DNA of 64,000 bases from Ignavibacteriota bacterium (GCA_963748405.1 CAVVIT010000010.1:819-64818), one strand, 5' to 3'; numbered from the stretch's first letter, positions 18,813-29,357 are shown. The notes: a model not told the origin generated them from the sequence alone. Program-made: numbers and translations.

Positions 18813-21749
18813 GTGAACAGACTCCTCCTCGTGTCCGCCGTCGTTCTCCCGGCGTTCTTTTCTTCCTGCACTCCTCCGCCGGGGACGCTCCCCGCCCAGC
18901 CGTCGAAACGCGCTGCTGCGCCGCCTGCCGCCGTCCTGGCTGAGTGGGGGACCCCGGGCGCTCTCGATACGCTCCTCTCCTCGATGTCCCTCGAGGAAAA
19001 GGTTTCACAGATGGTCATGGTGCGCGCGTTCGGTCATTACTACAGCACCGACAGCGAACTCTTCGAGCGCCTCGAGCGGCTTGTCACGGTCCGGAAGGTC
19101 GGCGGGATCATCATGGCACAGGGGGACGTCTATTCCGAGGCGGTCCTTCTCAACCGGCTCCAGTCCCTCTCCCGTATTCCGCTCCTTGTCGCGTCCGATT
19201 TTGAGCGGGGGATCGCCATGCGCGTCAGGCGCGGGACGCGGTTTCCCGACGCGATGGCCCTCGGGGCGACGCGGAACTCCGAATACGCCTACCGGATGGG
19301 GAAGGCCGTGGCCGTGGAGGCCCGCACGATCGGGATACAGCAGAATTACGCTCCCGTCGCCGACGTCAACGACAATCCCCTCAACCCCGTCATCAACACC
19401 CGCTCGTTCGGCGACGACCCGATGCTCGTGCGGACGATGGTGGGAGCGTTCATCCGGGGGACGATCGACGGGGGCTGTCTTGCCACCGCGAAACATTTTC
19501 CGGGGCACGGGGACACGGGGACGGACTCGCACCTCGACCTGCCGGTCCTGGACCTCACGCGTGCGCGGCTCGACACCGTGGAGCTCGCCGCATTCCGCGC
19601 GGCCGTCGACGCCGGCGTTCAATCGGTGATGATCGGCCACCTCGCGGTCCCGTCGCTCGACTCCCTGGGGCTCCCCGCGTCCCTGTCCGCCCCGATGGTC
19701 AATGACCTTCTCCGGAAACAGATTGGGTTCAAGGGACTGATCGTCACCGACGGGCTGGAAATGCGCGCGCTCACGCGGGGCTACACTCCGGACAGCGTGG
19801 CCGTTCTGGCGGTGCGCGCGGGCGCGGACATACTCCTCGTCCCGCCGGATCCCGACGTCGCCGTCAGCGCCGTCGTGAACGCGGTGAAGCGCGGCGAGAT
19901 CACCGTGGCGCGCGTGAACGAATCGGTCCGCCGCATACTCGCCGTGAAGCACGGGCTCGGGCTCGACAGGAAACGGACCGTGGATATCGACGCGATCGCC
20001 TCGCGCATCGGGACGAGGCCGAACCGGCATCTCGCGCGGGAGATTGCGCGCGACGCCGTCACGCTCCTCAGGAACAAGAACAACCTCCTCCCGCTCTCCC
20101 CCGACGGTCCCGTCCGTATCGTCGCGGTGCTCGCCGGTGACGCGGAAGACGACCGGACGGATGTCGACAGGCCGGGAAGCCCGGCCACGAGCGAGCCCGC
20201 CGGGACCTACTTTGCGCAGCTTCTCCGCCGCCGCTCCGCCGGGGCCGAGATCATCCGACTGTCCCCCGAGAGCGACGCGCGCGATCTGAGCGACGCGGTG
20301 ACGCGCATACGACGGGCGGACGTCGCCCTCCTCTGCCTGCTTGTCAAAGTCCGGACCGCTTCGGGGAAGATCGATCTCCCCGACTACCTGCGGACATTTG
20401 CCTTGAAGGCGGCCGAGACCAACACCCCCCTCGTTGTTCTGGCATTCGGCAATCCGTACATTGCCGGGAACGTTCCCGATGCCGAATCGGTCATGTGCCT
20501 CTACGGCGACGACGAGACTGTGAGCGAGGCGGCGGCGGAGGCGCTTTTCGGCGAGATACCGGTGCACGGCCGTCTCCCGGTCTCCATTCCGGGAAAGTAT
20601 CCGTTTGGGACGGGGCTGGATCTCCCCCAGACGCAGCTCAGGCGGGACGATCCCGCGGTGGCGGGGTTTGATCCCGAGGATCTCCAGCGCGTGGACGCCA
20701 TCGTGACGGCCGCGATCGCCGACTCCGCGTTTCCCGGGGCGCAGGTTGCCGTCATCAAGGACGGCCTTCTTGTGTACGACAGGTCGTTCGGTCATCTGAC
20801 GTACGACCCGGCCTCCCCTCCCGTGGACGAGGGGACGATGTACGATCTGGCATCCGTGACGAAGGTGATTGCGACGACGTCCGCCGTCATGAAGCTCGTC
20901 GACAGCGGAAAGATCGGTCTGGATGACCCGGTTGCGAGGTACATCCCTGCATTCGGCGTGGGTGAGAAGGCCGCAATTACGATCCGCCATCTTCTCCTTC
21001 ACAGGGGGGGATTTCCCCCGTTCCGGCGCCTCTGGCTTGAATGTCCGGGTCCCGGGGGGGTGATCGATACGATCGCCGCCACTCCCCTTGTCGCGGTCCC
21101 GGGCGATTCGACGGTGTACAGCGACCTGGGGTTCATCACGCTCGGGAAGATCGTCGAGAAGGTCTCCGGCGTCCCGCTCGACGCGTTTGTGAAGAGAGAA
21201 TTCTTCGTCCCGCTCCGGATGAGGAATACGATGTACGTCCCGGCGGAATCGCTCCGGTCACGGTGCGCGCCGACGGAGCTTGATTCGGTCTGGCGGAAGA
21301 CGGTCGTGCAGGGGACCGTGCACGACGAGAACGCCGCCTTTCTGGGGGGCGTGTCGGGGAACGCCGGGCTCTTTTCCAGTGCGAGCGATCTTGCGCTCTA
21401 CATGCAGATGCTCTTTAACAACGGGCAGTACGCCGGGAAACGATATATCGGCGAGAAGACCGTCTCGGAGTTCATCGAGAAACGTGCTCCCGGCCAGGAG
21501 CGGTGGCTCGGGTGGGACATGAAATCCCCGCACGGCTCGTCGGCGGGGTCGCTCTTTTCCCCCGAATCATTCGGTCATACCGGGTTCACGGGGACATGCA
21601 TCTGGGCCGATCCGTCGCGTGGGCTTGCCGTGGTATTCCTGACCAACCGCGTGTATCCGACCCGGGCAAATCTCAAGATCGCAAGGGTCCGTCCAGCGGT
21701 GAATGATGCCGTGATGCGGGCTCTCGGCGTCACGGCCGCAGGGGACTGA
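18813..21749 (+). CDS. Lipoprotein GH3 beta-N-acetylglucosaminidase (NagZ-type) fused to a class C beta-lactamase-fold (AmiE-like) serine hydrolase
   Basis: FFSS-C lipobox. KHFPGHGDTGTDSH NagZ signature and VTDGLEM nucleophile. C-terminal LASVTK, YSD, GTVHDENA and GHTGFTG. Confidence 0.92.
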   Translation: MNRLLLVSAVVLPAFFSSCTPPPGTLPAQPSKRAAAPPAAVLAEWGTPGALDTLLSSMSLEEKVSQMVMVRAFGHYYSTDSELFERLERLVTVRKVGGIIMAQGDVYSEAVLLNRLQSLSRIPLLVASDFERGIAMRVRRGTRFPDAMALGATRNSEYAYRMGKAVAVEARTIGIQQNYAPVADVNDNPLNPVINTRSFGDDPMLVRTMVGAFIRGTIDGGCLATAKHFPGHGDTGTDSHLDLPVLDLTRARLDTVELAAFRAAVDAGVQSVMIGHLAVPSLDSLGLPASLSAPMVNDLLRKQIGFKGLIVTDGLEMRALTRGYTPDSVAVLAVRAGADILLVPPDPDVAVSAVVNAVKRGEITVARVNESVRRILAVKHGLGLDRKRTVDIDAIASRIGTRPNRHLAREIARDAVTLLRNKNNLLPLSPDGPVRIVAVLAGDAEDDRTDVDRPGSPATSEPAGTYFAQLLRRRSAGAEIIRLSPESDARDLSDAVTRIRRADVALLCLLVKVRTASGKIDLPDYLRTFALKAAETNTPLVVLAFGNPYIAGNVPDAESVMCLYGDDETVSEAAAEALFGEIPVHGRLPVSIPGKYPFGTGLDLPQTQLRRDDPAVAGFDPEDLQRVDAIVTAAIADSAFPGAQVAVIKDGLLVYDRSFGHLTYDPASPPVDEGTMYDLASVTKVIATTSAVMKLVDSGKIGLDDPVARYIPAFGVGEKAAITIRHLLLHRGGFPPFRRLWLECPGPGGVIDTIAATPLVAVPGDSTVYSDLGFITLGKIVEKVSGVPLDAFVKREFFVPLRMRNTMYVPAESLRSRCAPTELDSVWRKTVVQGTVHDENAAFLGGVSGNAGLFSSASDLALYMQMLFNNGQYAGKRYIGEKTVSEFIEKRAPGQERWLGWDMKSPHGSSAGSLFSPESFGHTGFTGTCIWADPSRGLAVVFLTNRVYPTRANLKIARVRPAVNDAVMRALGVTAAGD

Positions 21750-21750
21750 C

Positions 21751-23100
21751 GTGAAATCTGAACCTGCCATAAGCGTGGGGATACTCACGGCCCCGGCCGT
21801 TGAGTTCGAGGGGGAGTTCGACGCTCCCGGCGCGCAGGGGGGACTCCACGGCCCTGCACGCGCTTCCGTCTCGGGCGGATCCGTGCTGATCGAGTGCGGC
21901 CCCCGGCGGGATGTGCTTGCTTCCGGAGTCCTCCTCACCCCCACCGGCGCTTCAGGGCGCTCGTTCGTCATCCGCGGGGTGACGATAGGGATCAAGTTCC
22001 ACTGGGAGCGGAAAGAGGACCAGCGGTTTACGGGAGCACTCCGGCTTGTGGTGAAAGGGGGGGATGTCGTCGCCGTCAATGTCGTCGCGGTCGAGGACTA
22101 CCTGGCGAGCGTCATCTCGTCGGAGATGAGCGCGGGAAGTTCGCTGAACCTTCTGAAGGCTCACGCGATCACCTCCCGGAGCTGGCTCCTGGCGCAGCTC
22201 GAGCGCTCCGGCGAGCTGAAAGAATGGGTGAAAAAATACAGGTCCACGCTGCGCGAGCCCGGGAAACTCGTCAGGTGGTACGACAGGGAGGAACACGCGC
22301 TCTTCGACGTCTGTGCGGACGACCACTGCCAGAGGTATCAGGGGATCACCAAGTCGACGACTCCCTCGGTCAGCGATGCCGTCGATCAGACCCGGGGACA
22401 GGTGGTGATGCACGATGGCAGGATCTGCGACGCCAGGTTTTCGAAATCCTGCGGGGGGATCACCGAGCCGTTTTCAAAAGTCTGGCAGCCGGTGGATGTT
22501 CCGTACCTGGTGAACGTCGCGGACATTCCTCCTTCCGACCGGCTCCCGGGATATTTGCCCGGGGCCGATGTCAGCAGGGAGGAACACGCGGACAGGTGGA
22601 TCAGGAGCTCGCCTCCGGCGTTCTGTAACACGACCGATGCGCGCATACTCTCGCAGGTCCTCCTCAAATACGACCAGGAGACGACCGATTTCTACCGGTG
22701 GACGGTCGAATACACGCAGGAGTACGTCTCGGCTCTCATAGGGGAGAAAAGCGGCGTCGATTTCGGCGCGATACTCGATATCGCGCCGGTCGAGCGCGGG
22801 CCCTCCGGCCGGCTGACGCTCCTGCGGATCGTCGGTGAGAAGACGACGTTAACCATCGGGAAAGAGCTCGAGATCCGGCGGACGCTTTCACCGTCCCATC
22901 TGTACAGTTCGGCGTTTGTCGTGGAAAAGCACGATGTTGTCGGGCTCATCCCAGGGAAATTTGTGCTCAAAGGGGCCGGCTGGGGTCACGGTGTCGGACT
23001 CTGCCAGATCGGCGCGGCGGTGATGGGTGACCTCGGGTACGCCCCGGAGGCGATACTCGCTCACTACTTCCCCGGCACCTCGGTCACAAAGCTGTACTAG
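21751..23100 (+). CDS. SpoIID/LytB-family lytic transglycosylase, no evident signal peptide
   Basis: VEDYLASVISSEM (catalytic Glu), LKAHAITSRS, DVCADDHCQRYQG, KSCGG and GWGHGVGLCQIGA. Confidence 0.9.
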   Translation: MKSEPAISVGILTAPAVEFEGEFDAPGAQGGLHGPARASVSGGSVLIECGPRRDVLASGVLLTPTGASGRSFVIRGVTIGIKFHWERKEDQRFTGALRLVVKGGDVVAVNVVAVEDYLASVISSEMSAGSSLNLLKAHAITSRSWLLAQLERSGELKEWVKKYRSTLREPGKLVRWYDREEHALFDVCADDHCQRYQGITKSTTPSVSDAVDQTRGQVVMHDGRICDARFSKSCGGITEPFSKVWQPVDVPYLVNVADIPPSDRLPGYLPGADVSREEHADRWIRSSPPAFCNTTDARILSQVLLKYDQETTDFYRWTVEYTQEYVSALIGEKSGVDFGAILDIAPVERGPSGRLTLLRIVGEKTTLTIGKELEIRRTLSPSHLYSSAFVVEKHDVVGLIPGKFVLKGAGWGHGVGLCQIGAAVMGDLGYAPEAILAHYFPGTSVTKLY

Positions 23101-23104
23101 TCCG

Positions 23105-23132
23105 GTCATTGCGATTTTTCAGAAGTCCATTC
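23105..23132 (+). repeat. Possible decayed copy of the TGTC/CGTC repeat
   Basis: GTCATTGCGA...GAAG, 4 nt after stop 23100. The internal hairpin is absent. Confidence 0.35.
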
Positions 23133-23160
23133 TCCACAGATCAGAGGTAGCATACATCGT

Positions 23161-24954
23161 ATGAATAACATTCGTGTCAGCACCCACGTTGCGCCGATCC
23201 TCCTGGCGCTCGTCCTTTCTCTGGTAGTGACTTCCTCCGCCGTTTCCCAGCCGGCCCCGGCCGCGCGCCCCAATTTCGTCCGGCTCGTCGTTCCCGAGGC
23301 CGACACGGTCCAGGCCTCTTCGCTCACGTACCGGCTTTCGGCGGGGACGCTCCCCGGGAACAAACTCACGATCAACGGAACTCCGCTGAAGGTGTACCCT
23401 TCGGGAGCGACCGCAGGGCTCCTGATGCTGAACGTCGGCGAGAATCGCTTCACGCTGACCGCGACGACCCCCAGGGGGGACTCCGTGTCGAAGTCGTTCC
23501 TCGTCGTGCGGGAGAAGCCGGCGGAAACGACGCCTGATTCCTCTCTGGCCATCGATACGACCATGAGCGAGCCGTCGGAAGACCTCTGGCTGAACGAAGA
23601 TGACCGGCTCGAAGTGCAGTTCAAAGGGACCCCGGGACGCATCCCGTCGAATGACCTGGGCATCCCGATGACGGAAGTGAAGCCCGCCTACGCGCACGGC
23701 CTCGGAGGGATCTACCGCGGCGTCTACACGGTGCGCGACGACGACACCCTCTCGGCACACCCGGTCAGGTTCCGGCTGCAGGACTCCACGGGGGCATACG
23801 TGGAGTGCACCTCGAAGGGAGCCGTCACGATGCGGCCCGGGGACTTCCCGTACATCGGCATCACGAAGGGTGAGCGTCCGGCCCTTGCGTACGGGCTGGG
23901 CGATGACCGGCTCGGAGGAGCCAAAATGTCGTTCATCAACTCCGGGATCCGCCTCGCCATTACGGGGAAGCACGGCAGCATGTACCGGGTCGGTCTGGCT
24001 CCGGGGCACGAAGCCTGGATCGCCGCCGCAAACGTCGATCTCATCCCCAGGGGGGCGCGCCTTCCCTCCGCGCTGACGGAAAACTGGAACGTGTATGGCG
24101 ACGAGAAGTTCGACTATGTGAGCGTGGGGATCCCCCTGCGGCTTCCGTATTCTTCGACGACCGAATCCGATCCGTCGCGCATCAATGTCGACGTCTACGG
24201 TGCGACGTCCAACACGAACTGGATCATACAGCAGCTCACGACCCGCGAGATCAAGAACGTGTACTACACCGAGCCCTCCGCGGGCGTCTTCCGGATCACG
24301 ATCGAGCTGAAGCACAAACAGATCTGGGGCTACGAAATCGCCTATAACCCGGCCGGGCTCGTCATCAAAGTCCGCCGCCAGCCGGAGAAGCTCAAGATCA
24401 AGGCGCTCACGTTCGCCCTCGACGCGGGTCACGGGGGGGAAAACCTGGGTGCGCTCGGCTCCACCGGCGCCCTCGAGAAGGAGATCAACCTCGCGGTGGT
24501 GAAGGACCTGAAGGCGATACTCGAGGACAGGGGCGCCAGGGTCATCCTGACCAGGGACAGCGACGCCGACGTCACGATGGCCGACCGGGTCAGGAAGGTG
24601 GTGACCTCGAGTGCCGACATTCTGATCAGCGTGCACTCCAATTCCATCGGGCTGACAACAAACCCGGAATTGACCCGGGGGACCGCGACGTTCTACAAGC
24701 ACATCTGCTATCGTCCGCTCGCGCTGGCGATCGTCAGGCAGATGCTCAAAACGGGACTTCCCCTGTTCGGAAACGTGGGGAGCTTCAACTTCTCCCTGAA
24801 CGCCCCGACGGAGCTTCCCAACGTTCTTGTCGAGATGGCGTTCGTTTCGAACCCCTCCGACGAAATGAACCTGATCGACCCGGAGTTCCGTCACACAATC
24901 GCCGAACACATCGTCGACGGCGTTGACGATTTCCTCGATGCGTGCGATGAGTAA
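23161..24954 (+). CDS. Periplasmic N-acetylmuramoyl-L-alanine amidase (C-terminal Amidase_3)
   Basis: Signal peptide. ALDAGHGG, EKEINL, LTRD, ISVHSNS and VLVEMAFVSN. No CTD. Confidence 0.9.
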   Translation: MNNIRVSTHVAPILLALVLSLVVTSSAVSQPAPAARPNFVRLVVPEADTVQASSLTYRLSAGTLPGNKLTINGTPLKVYPSGATAGLLMLNVGENRFTLTATTPRGDSVSKSFLVVREKPAETTPDSSLAIDTTMSEPSEDLWLNEDDRLEVQFKGTPGRIPSNDLGIPMTEVKPAYAHGLGGIYRGVYTVRDDDTLSAHPVRFRLQDSTGAYVECTSKGAVTMRPGDFPYIGITKGERPALAYGLGDDRLGGAKMSFINSGIRLAITGKHGSMYRVGLAPGHEAWIAAANVDLIPRGARLPSALTENWNVYGDEKFDYVSVGIPLRLPYSSTTESDPSRINVDVYGATSNTNWIIQQLTTREIKNVYYTEPSAGVFRITIELKHKQIWGYEIAYNPAGLVIKVRRQPEKLKIKALTFALDAGHGGENLGALGSTGALEKEINLAVVKDLKAILEDRGARVILTRDSDADVTMADRVRKVVTSSADILISVHSNSIGLTTNPELTRGTATFYKHICYRPLALAIVRQMLKTGLPLFGNVGSFNFSLNAPTELPNVLVEMAFVSNPSDEMNLIDPEFRHTIAEHIVDGVDDFLDACDE

Positions 24955-25540
24955 AGTTCCGCCTCCGGGCGTCCGCGCGTCGATCCGGCCCTGGACGATC
25001 GGAGATCTCCCCGACGTCCGCCGCATCGGGTGGGAGACGTGGAAAGCGACGTACGGCAGGTTCATCCCCGAGGAGGACCTGCGGGCGTATCACGACGAGC
25101 ATTATTCGGCCGGGGCGCTCGAGCGCAACTTCCGGAGGCCCTCCACCCGCGGGTATGTGGCGCTCCTTGACGGAAAGACGGTCGGCTATATGATCATGTC
25201 GTTCGACCGGGAGTCGGGGCGATGCCACGTGGCGTCAATCTACGTGCTCCCGGGCAGCCAGGGACACGGCCTCGGATCGATGCTCATGAGGGAGGCGTTC
25301 AGCGCGGCCCGCCAGTCGGAGTACGACCGCGTCTGGCTCGGCGTCATGTCCGAAAACGCACCGACGCTCGCCTGGTATAAAGCTCTCGGTTTCGCATTTG
25401 TCGAAGAGGCCCCCTTTACGATGGGAAACACCACCGTCAATCACCTGATCGGATACAGGCTGCTCGTTCCGCCGGTTCCGCCGCCTGGTCCTCCACCTGC
25501 TCCCGCTGACGGAAAGAGACCGGCGCATGAATCGACCTGA
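24947..25540 (+). CDS. GNAT family N-acetyltransferase
   Basis: ETWKATY, IYVLPGSQGHGLGSML (acetyl-CoA motif) and N...LAWYKALGF. Confidence 0.85.
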   Translation: MSKVPPPGVRASIRPWTIGDLPDVRRIGWETWKATYGRFIPEEDLRAYHDEHYSAGALERNFRRPSTRGYVALLDGKTVGYMIMSFDRESGRCHVASIYVLPGSQGHGLGSMLMREAFSAARQSEYDRVWLGVMSENAPTLAWYKALGFAFVEEAPFTMGNTTVNHLIGYRLLVPPVPPPGPPPAPADGKRPAHEST

Positions 25541-26804
25541 ACGGCGCAATCCCTGGGTCTGGATTCCCTCCCTCTACTTTGCCGAAGGGCTGCCGTACGT
25601 TGTCGCCCTGAACGTTTCGGTGATCATGTACAAGCGGATGGGCATATCGAACACGGATATCGCCCTCTACACGAGCCTGCTCTACCTTCCGTGGGTGATC
25701 AAGCCGCTCTGGGGACCGGTCGTGGACCTTGTCCGCACGAAGCGGCTCTGGATCGTCACGCTTCAGCTCATCCTGGGCATCGCGCTCGCCGCGGTCGCGC
25801 TCACGATCCCCGTGCCGGGGTTCTTCCGCGCCACGCTCGTCCTGTTCTGGCTCATGGCGTTTGCCTCCGCCACGCACGACATCGCGGCGGACGGCTTCTA
25901 CATGCTCGGGCTGAAGGAGCACGAGCAGGCGGCGTTCGTGGGGGTGAGGTCGACGTTCTACAGGATCGCGATGGTCACCGGGCAGGGGGCTCTCGTGTTC
26001 TTTGCGGGGACGGTCGAGACGCGCTCCGGGGGGAATACGGCGCTGGCCTGGTCGATGACCTTCGGCATACTCGCCGCAATGTTCATCGCCTTCTTTCTCT
26101 ATCACCGGTTCATGCTTCCGTACCCCGCCGCCGACGTCCAGGTGCGGGGCGGCGGAGGGACACCCCCGCTGGCGGATTTCTTCAAGGTCTTCCGGGCGTT
26201 CTTTACCAAACCCGGGATACTTTCGATCCTGGCATTCCTTCTCCTCTACAGGTTCGCCGAATCGCAGCTCATCAAGCTCGTCTCCCCGTTCCTTCTCGAC
26301 CCCCGGACGAAGGGAGGGCTGGGGCTCACCACGAGCGAGGTGGGGATCGTCTACGGGACGGTCGGGATCGCCGCGCTGACGGCCGGCGGGCTCGTCGGGG
26401 GGTTCGTCATTCCGCGCAGGGGACTGAAGTTCTGGCTCTGGCCGATGGTCATCGTGATGCATCTGCCGGACCTGATGTTCGTCTATCTCTCGCAGGCGCA
26501 GCCGGGGAGTTTTCTGCTCATCAACGTGGCCGTGGCCTTCGAGCAGTTCGGGTACGGTTTCGGCTTTACCGCGTACATGCTCTACATGATCATGGTCTCC
26601 GAGGGGGAGCACAAGACCGCGCATTACGCCATCTGCACGGGGATCATGGCTCTCGGGATGATGGTCCCCGGGATGTTCAGCGGCGCCCTCCAGGAATGGC
26701 TCGGTTATCCGAATTTTTACCTCTGGGTGATGCTCTCCACGATCCCCGGATTCGTCGTCACAGCGCTCATCACCATCGATAAAGACTTCGGCAAGAAAAC
26801 CTGA
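25527..26804 (+). CDS. ampG: AmpG-family muropeptide MFS permease
   Basis: [37 protein letters not shown] and LLLYRFAES. About 12 transmembrane segments. Confidence 0.8.
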   Translation: MNRPERRNPWVWIPSLYFAEGLPYVVALNVSVIMYKRMGISNTDIALYTSLLYLPWVIKPLWGPVVDLVRTKRLWIVTLQLILGIALAAVALTIPVPGFFRATLVLFWLMAFASATHDIAADGFYMLGLKEHEQAAFVGVRSTFYRIAMVTGQGALVFFAGTVETRSGGNTALAWSMTFGILAAMFIAFFLYHRFMLPYPAADVQVRGGGGTPPLADFFKVFRAFFTKPGILSILAFLLLYRFAESQLIKLVSPFLLDPRTKGGLGLTTSEVGIVYGTVGIAALTAGGLVGGFVIPRRGLKFWLWPMVIVMHLPDLMFVYLSQAQPGSFLLINVAVAFEQFGYGFGFTAYMLYMIMVSEGEHKTAHYAICTGIMALGMMVPGMFSGALQEWLGYPNFYLWVMLSTIPGFVVTALITIDKDFGKKT

Positions 26805-26814
26805 GGGAATCCTG

Positions 26815-28308
26815 ATGAAACGTTCTTCGAAGAACCCCGCTGCAGGGGAGAAACCTCTCTTTACCGCGTTCGTTCCCTACGGCGGAAACGAGGCGACGGA
26901 ATACACGGTCGCACAGCTTGTCGGATCGCCCATCGTGGGAAAAGTCTACGTTCTCACGCCGGGGGACGCTCCTGTCCCGTTCAGGGGGGCCGTGCCTCTC
27001 CGCGTCAATGCGCTGAAATCCGCCTCGACGATGAAGAAGATTGCGGCGAAGACCGCGACTCCCTGCGCGCTGCTCATTCTGCACGACGTCGCGCTCCAGT
27101 TCGGGCAGTTCGCCCTGGAGCGGATGGCCTCGGTCGCGGACTCGACGGGGGAGGGGATGGTCTACAGCGATTTCATCGAAGTGAAGGGTCCCTCGCCGGC
27201 TCCCCATCCCCTGATCGACTACCAGGAAGGGAGCGTGCGCGACGATTTTGACTTCGGCTCCGTCGTCGTCCTGGAGGCGTCCGCGCTGAAAGCGGCGGCC
27301 AGGGAGATCGGCAGCTCGCGGCACGCGGGCTTTTATGCGCTCCGGCTGGCCATCGCCAGGAAGAAGGGAGTGTTCAGGATCGCCGAGACGCTCTACACGA
27401 AAACCGAGCTCGACACGCGGAAGGAAGGGGCGAAGCTCTTCGATTACGTCGATCCGAAGAACCGCGTCGTGCAAGTCGAAATGGAGAAAGCCGTCACGCA
27501 GCACCTGAAGAAGGCCGGTGCCTGGCTGAAGCCCGTCAGGGAAACGGTCGACCTGGACGAGGGAAAGTTTGCCGTCACCGCGTCGATCATCATCCCCGTG
27601 CGCAACCGGGCGAATACGATCGGCGATGCCGTGGCTTCGGCGCTGCACCAGCAGGCGTCGTTCGCGTTCAACGTGATCGTCGTGGACAACCACTCGACCG
27701 ACGGAACCTCCGAGATTCTCAAGACATTCGCCGCGCGGGACCGGAGGCTCGTCCACCTCGTCCCGTCGCGGACGGACCTCGGGATCGGCGGGTGCTGGAA
27801 CGAGGCCGTGCATCATCCCGCCTGCGGCCGGTTCGCCGCCCAGCTCGACAGCGACGACCTGTACGCCGACGAATCGACGCTCAACAAGATCGTGGACCGT
27901 TTCCGGAAGGACAGGTGCGCGATGGTCGTCGGCACGTACCGGATGACCGATTTCAAGCTCCAGGAGATCCCGCCGGGTGTGATCGATCACAGGGAATGGA
28001 CGCCGGACAACGGCCCCAATAACGCGCTCCGGGTCAACGGGTTCGGCGCCCCCCGGGCGTTCTTCACGCCGGTTCTCCGGCGGGTGAACATTCCGAACGT
28101 CAGCTACGGCGAGGACTACGCGGTGGGGCTGGCGGTGTCGCGCCGGTACCGCATCGGCCGGATCTACGAGCCGATTTATCTCTGCCGCCGGTGGGAAGGA
28201 AACTCCGACGCGGACCCCGGGATCGCGAAAATGAACCTGAACAACTGGTACAAGGACAAAGTCCGGACGATCGAGATCCGGGCGCGTCGGCTCAGGCGTC
28301 CGCTCTGA
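26815..28308 (+). CDS. Glycosyltransferase family 2 with an extra N-terminal GT-A-like domain
   Basis: [28 protein letters not shown] (DxD) and YGEDY. The N-terminal part contains MVYSDF and DFDFGS. Confidence 0.88.
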   Translation: MKRSSKNPAAGEKPLFTAFVPYGGNEATEYTVAQLVGSPIVGKVYVLTPGDAPVPFRGAVPLRVNALKSASTMKKIAAKTATPCALLILHDVALQFGQFALERMASVADSTGEGMVYSDFIEVKGPSPAPHPLIDYQEGSVRDDFDFGSVVVLEASALKAAAREIGSSRHAGFYALRLAIARKKGVFRIAETLYTKTELDTRKEGAKLFDYVDPKNRVVQVEMEKAVTQHLKKAGAWLKPVRETVDLDEGKFAVTASIIIPVRNRANTIGDAVASALHQQASFAFNVIVVDNHSTDGTSEILKTFAARDRRLVHLVPSRTDLGIGGCWNEAVHHPACGRFAAQLDSDDLYADESTLNKIVDRFRKDRCAMVVGTYRMTDFKLQEIPPGVIDHREWTPDNGPNNALRVNGFGAPRAFFTPVLRRVNIPNVSYGEDYAVGLAVSRRYRIGRIYEPIYLCRRWEGNSDADPGIAKMNLNNWYKDKVRTIEIRARRLRRPL

Positions 28309-28334
28309 TCACCACAAACCGTTCATCGCGAACC

Positions 28335-29357
28335 ATGGAACCCTCGATCCAGCGCGTGCTGATCTCGGACCGCGAGCTTGACCTCCGCGGCGGAAGCGAC
28401 CTTGCTTCGCGTGCGCACTTTCTCCTGCGGCAGCAGAAGGAGACGTGGCCCCTCCTCCGTGCCGGCTACGAGGGGCTCTCGGGCGTCCGGACCCGCACGA
28501 TCGACCTCGATGACGGCTTCGGCGTCCGTCTCCAGTGGAACCCCGCCCGGATCGTCTCCTCCTCGGCAAACGTCGACCCGGAGGCGATACGCCGCCGGAA
28601 ATGCTTCCTCTGCCCCGACAATCTCCCCCCCGAACAGCGGGGAATCCTCTTCGGGGGAAGCTACCTGGTTCTCTGCAACCCGTTCCCGATATTCCAGGAG
28701 CATTTCACGATCCCGCACACCTCCCACACCCCCCAGCGGATCGGCACCTCGATCGGGACGATGCTCGACCTGGCGCAGGCGATGCACAAACGGTATACCC
28801 TCATCTACAACGGTCCCCGGAGCGGCGCCTCGGCGCCGGACCATCTGCATTTTCAGGCGGGGGAGAAGGGGTTCCTTCCCCTCGAGGCGGACATCGACCG
28901 TCTCATCGGGGAGGGGGAGATTCTCGTCGACGAGAAGATGCTCCACGCCGTTGCGGTGGATGCCCAGCTCCGGCGGTACATCGCCCTGAGGTCCCACGAC
29001 AGGGAGTCGCTCATCGTCGCGTTCCGGGCCGTGGAATCGTCGTTTGCCGGAGCCGCGGAAGCCGTCGAGGAGCCGATGATGAACGTCCTGGCGTGGTTTG
29101 ATCAGGGGGCGTGGACTGTCCTGGCCTTCCCCCGTGCGAAGCACAGGCCCTCGATGTATTTCGCCCAGGGGGAGGCGAAGATCCTGATAAGTCCCGCCGC
29201 GGTCGACTGCGGCGGAGTGCTCATCACGCCGCTGGAGAAGGATTTCCAGTGCCTTACCGCGGATCACATCAGGGAGATGTTCGATGAGATTTTTCTCCCT
29301 CCCCCGGCGTTCAAGGAGGTCCGGGCGCGTCTCGCCGGGAATCTCACGCCGCGCTGA
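28335..29357 (+). CDS. DUF4922 HIT-fold protein (Ap4A phosphorylase / GDP-hexose phosphorylase-like)
   Basis: QWNPARIVSS, CFLC, LCNPFPIF..HFTI, YNGP..GASAPDHLHFQ (HxHxQ) and FPRAKHRP. Confidence 0.82.
   Translation: MEPSIQRVLISDRELDLRGGSDLASRAHFLLRQQKETWPLLRAGYEGLSGVRTRTIDLDDGFGVRLQWNPARIVSSSANVDPEAIRRRKCFLCPDNLPPEQRGILFGGSYLVLCNPFPIFQEHFTIPHTSHTPQRIGTSIGTMLDLAQAMHKRYTLIYNGPRSGASAPDHLHFQAGEKGFLPLEADIDRLIGEGEILVDEKMLHAVAVDAQLRRYIALRSHDRESLIVAFRAVESSFAGAAEAVEEPMMNVLAWFDQGAWTVLAFPRAKHRPSMYFAQGEAKILISPAAVDCGGVLITPLEKDFQCLTADHIREMFDEIFLPPPAFKEVRARLAGNLTPR

Noticed and set aside
10216-21749. Calling the two beta-lactamase-fold domains antibiotic-resistance genes
   Set aside because: The class A-like domain lacks an evident Glu166, and both domains are fused modules in a murein-processing context.
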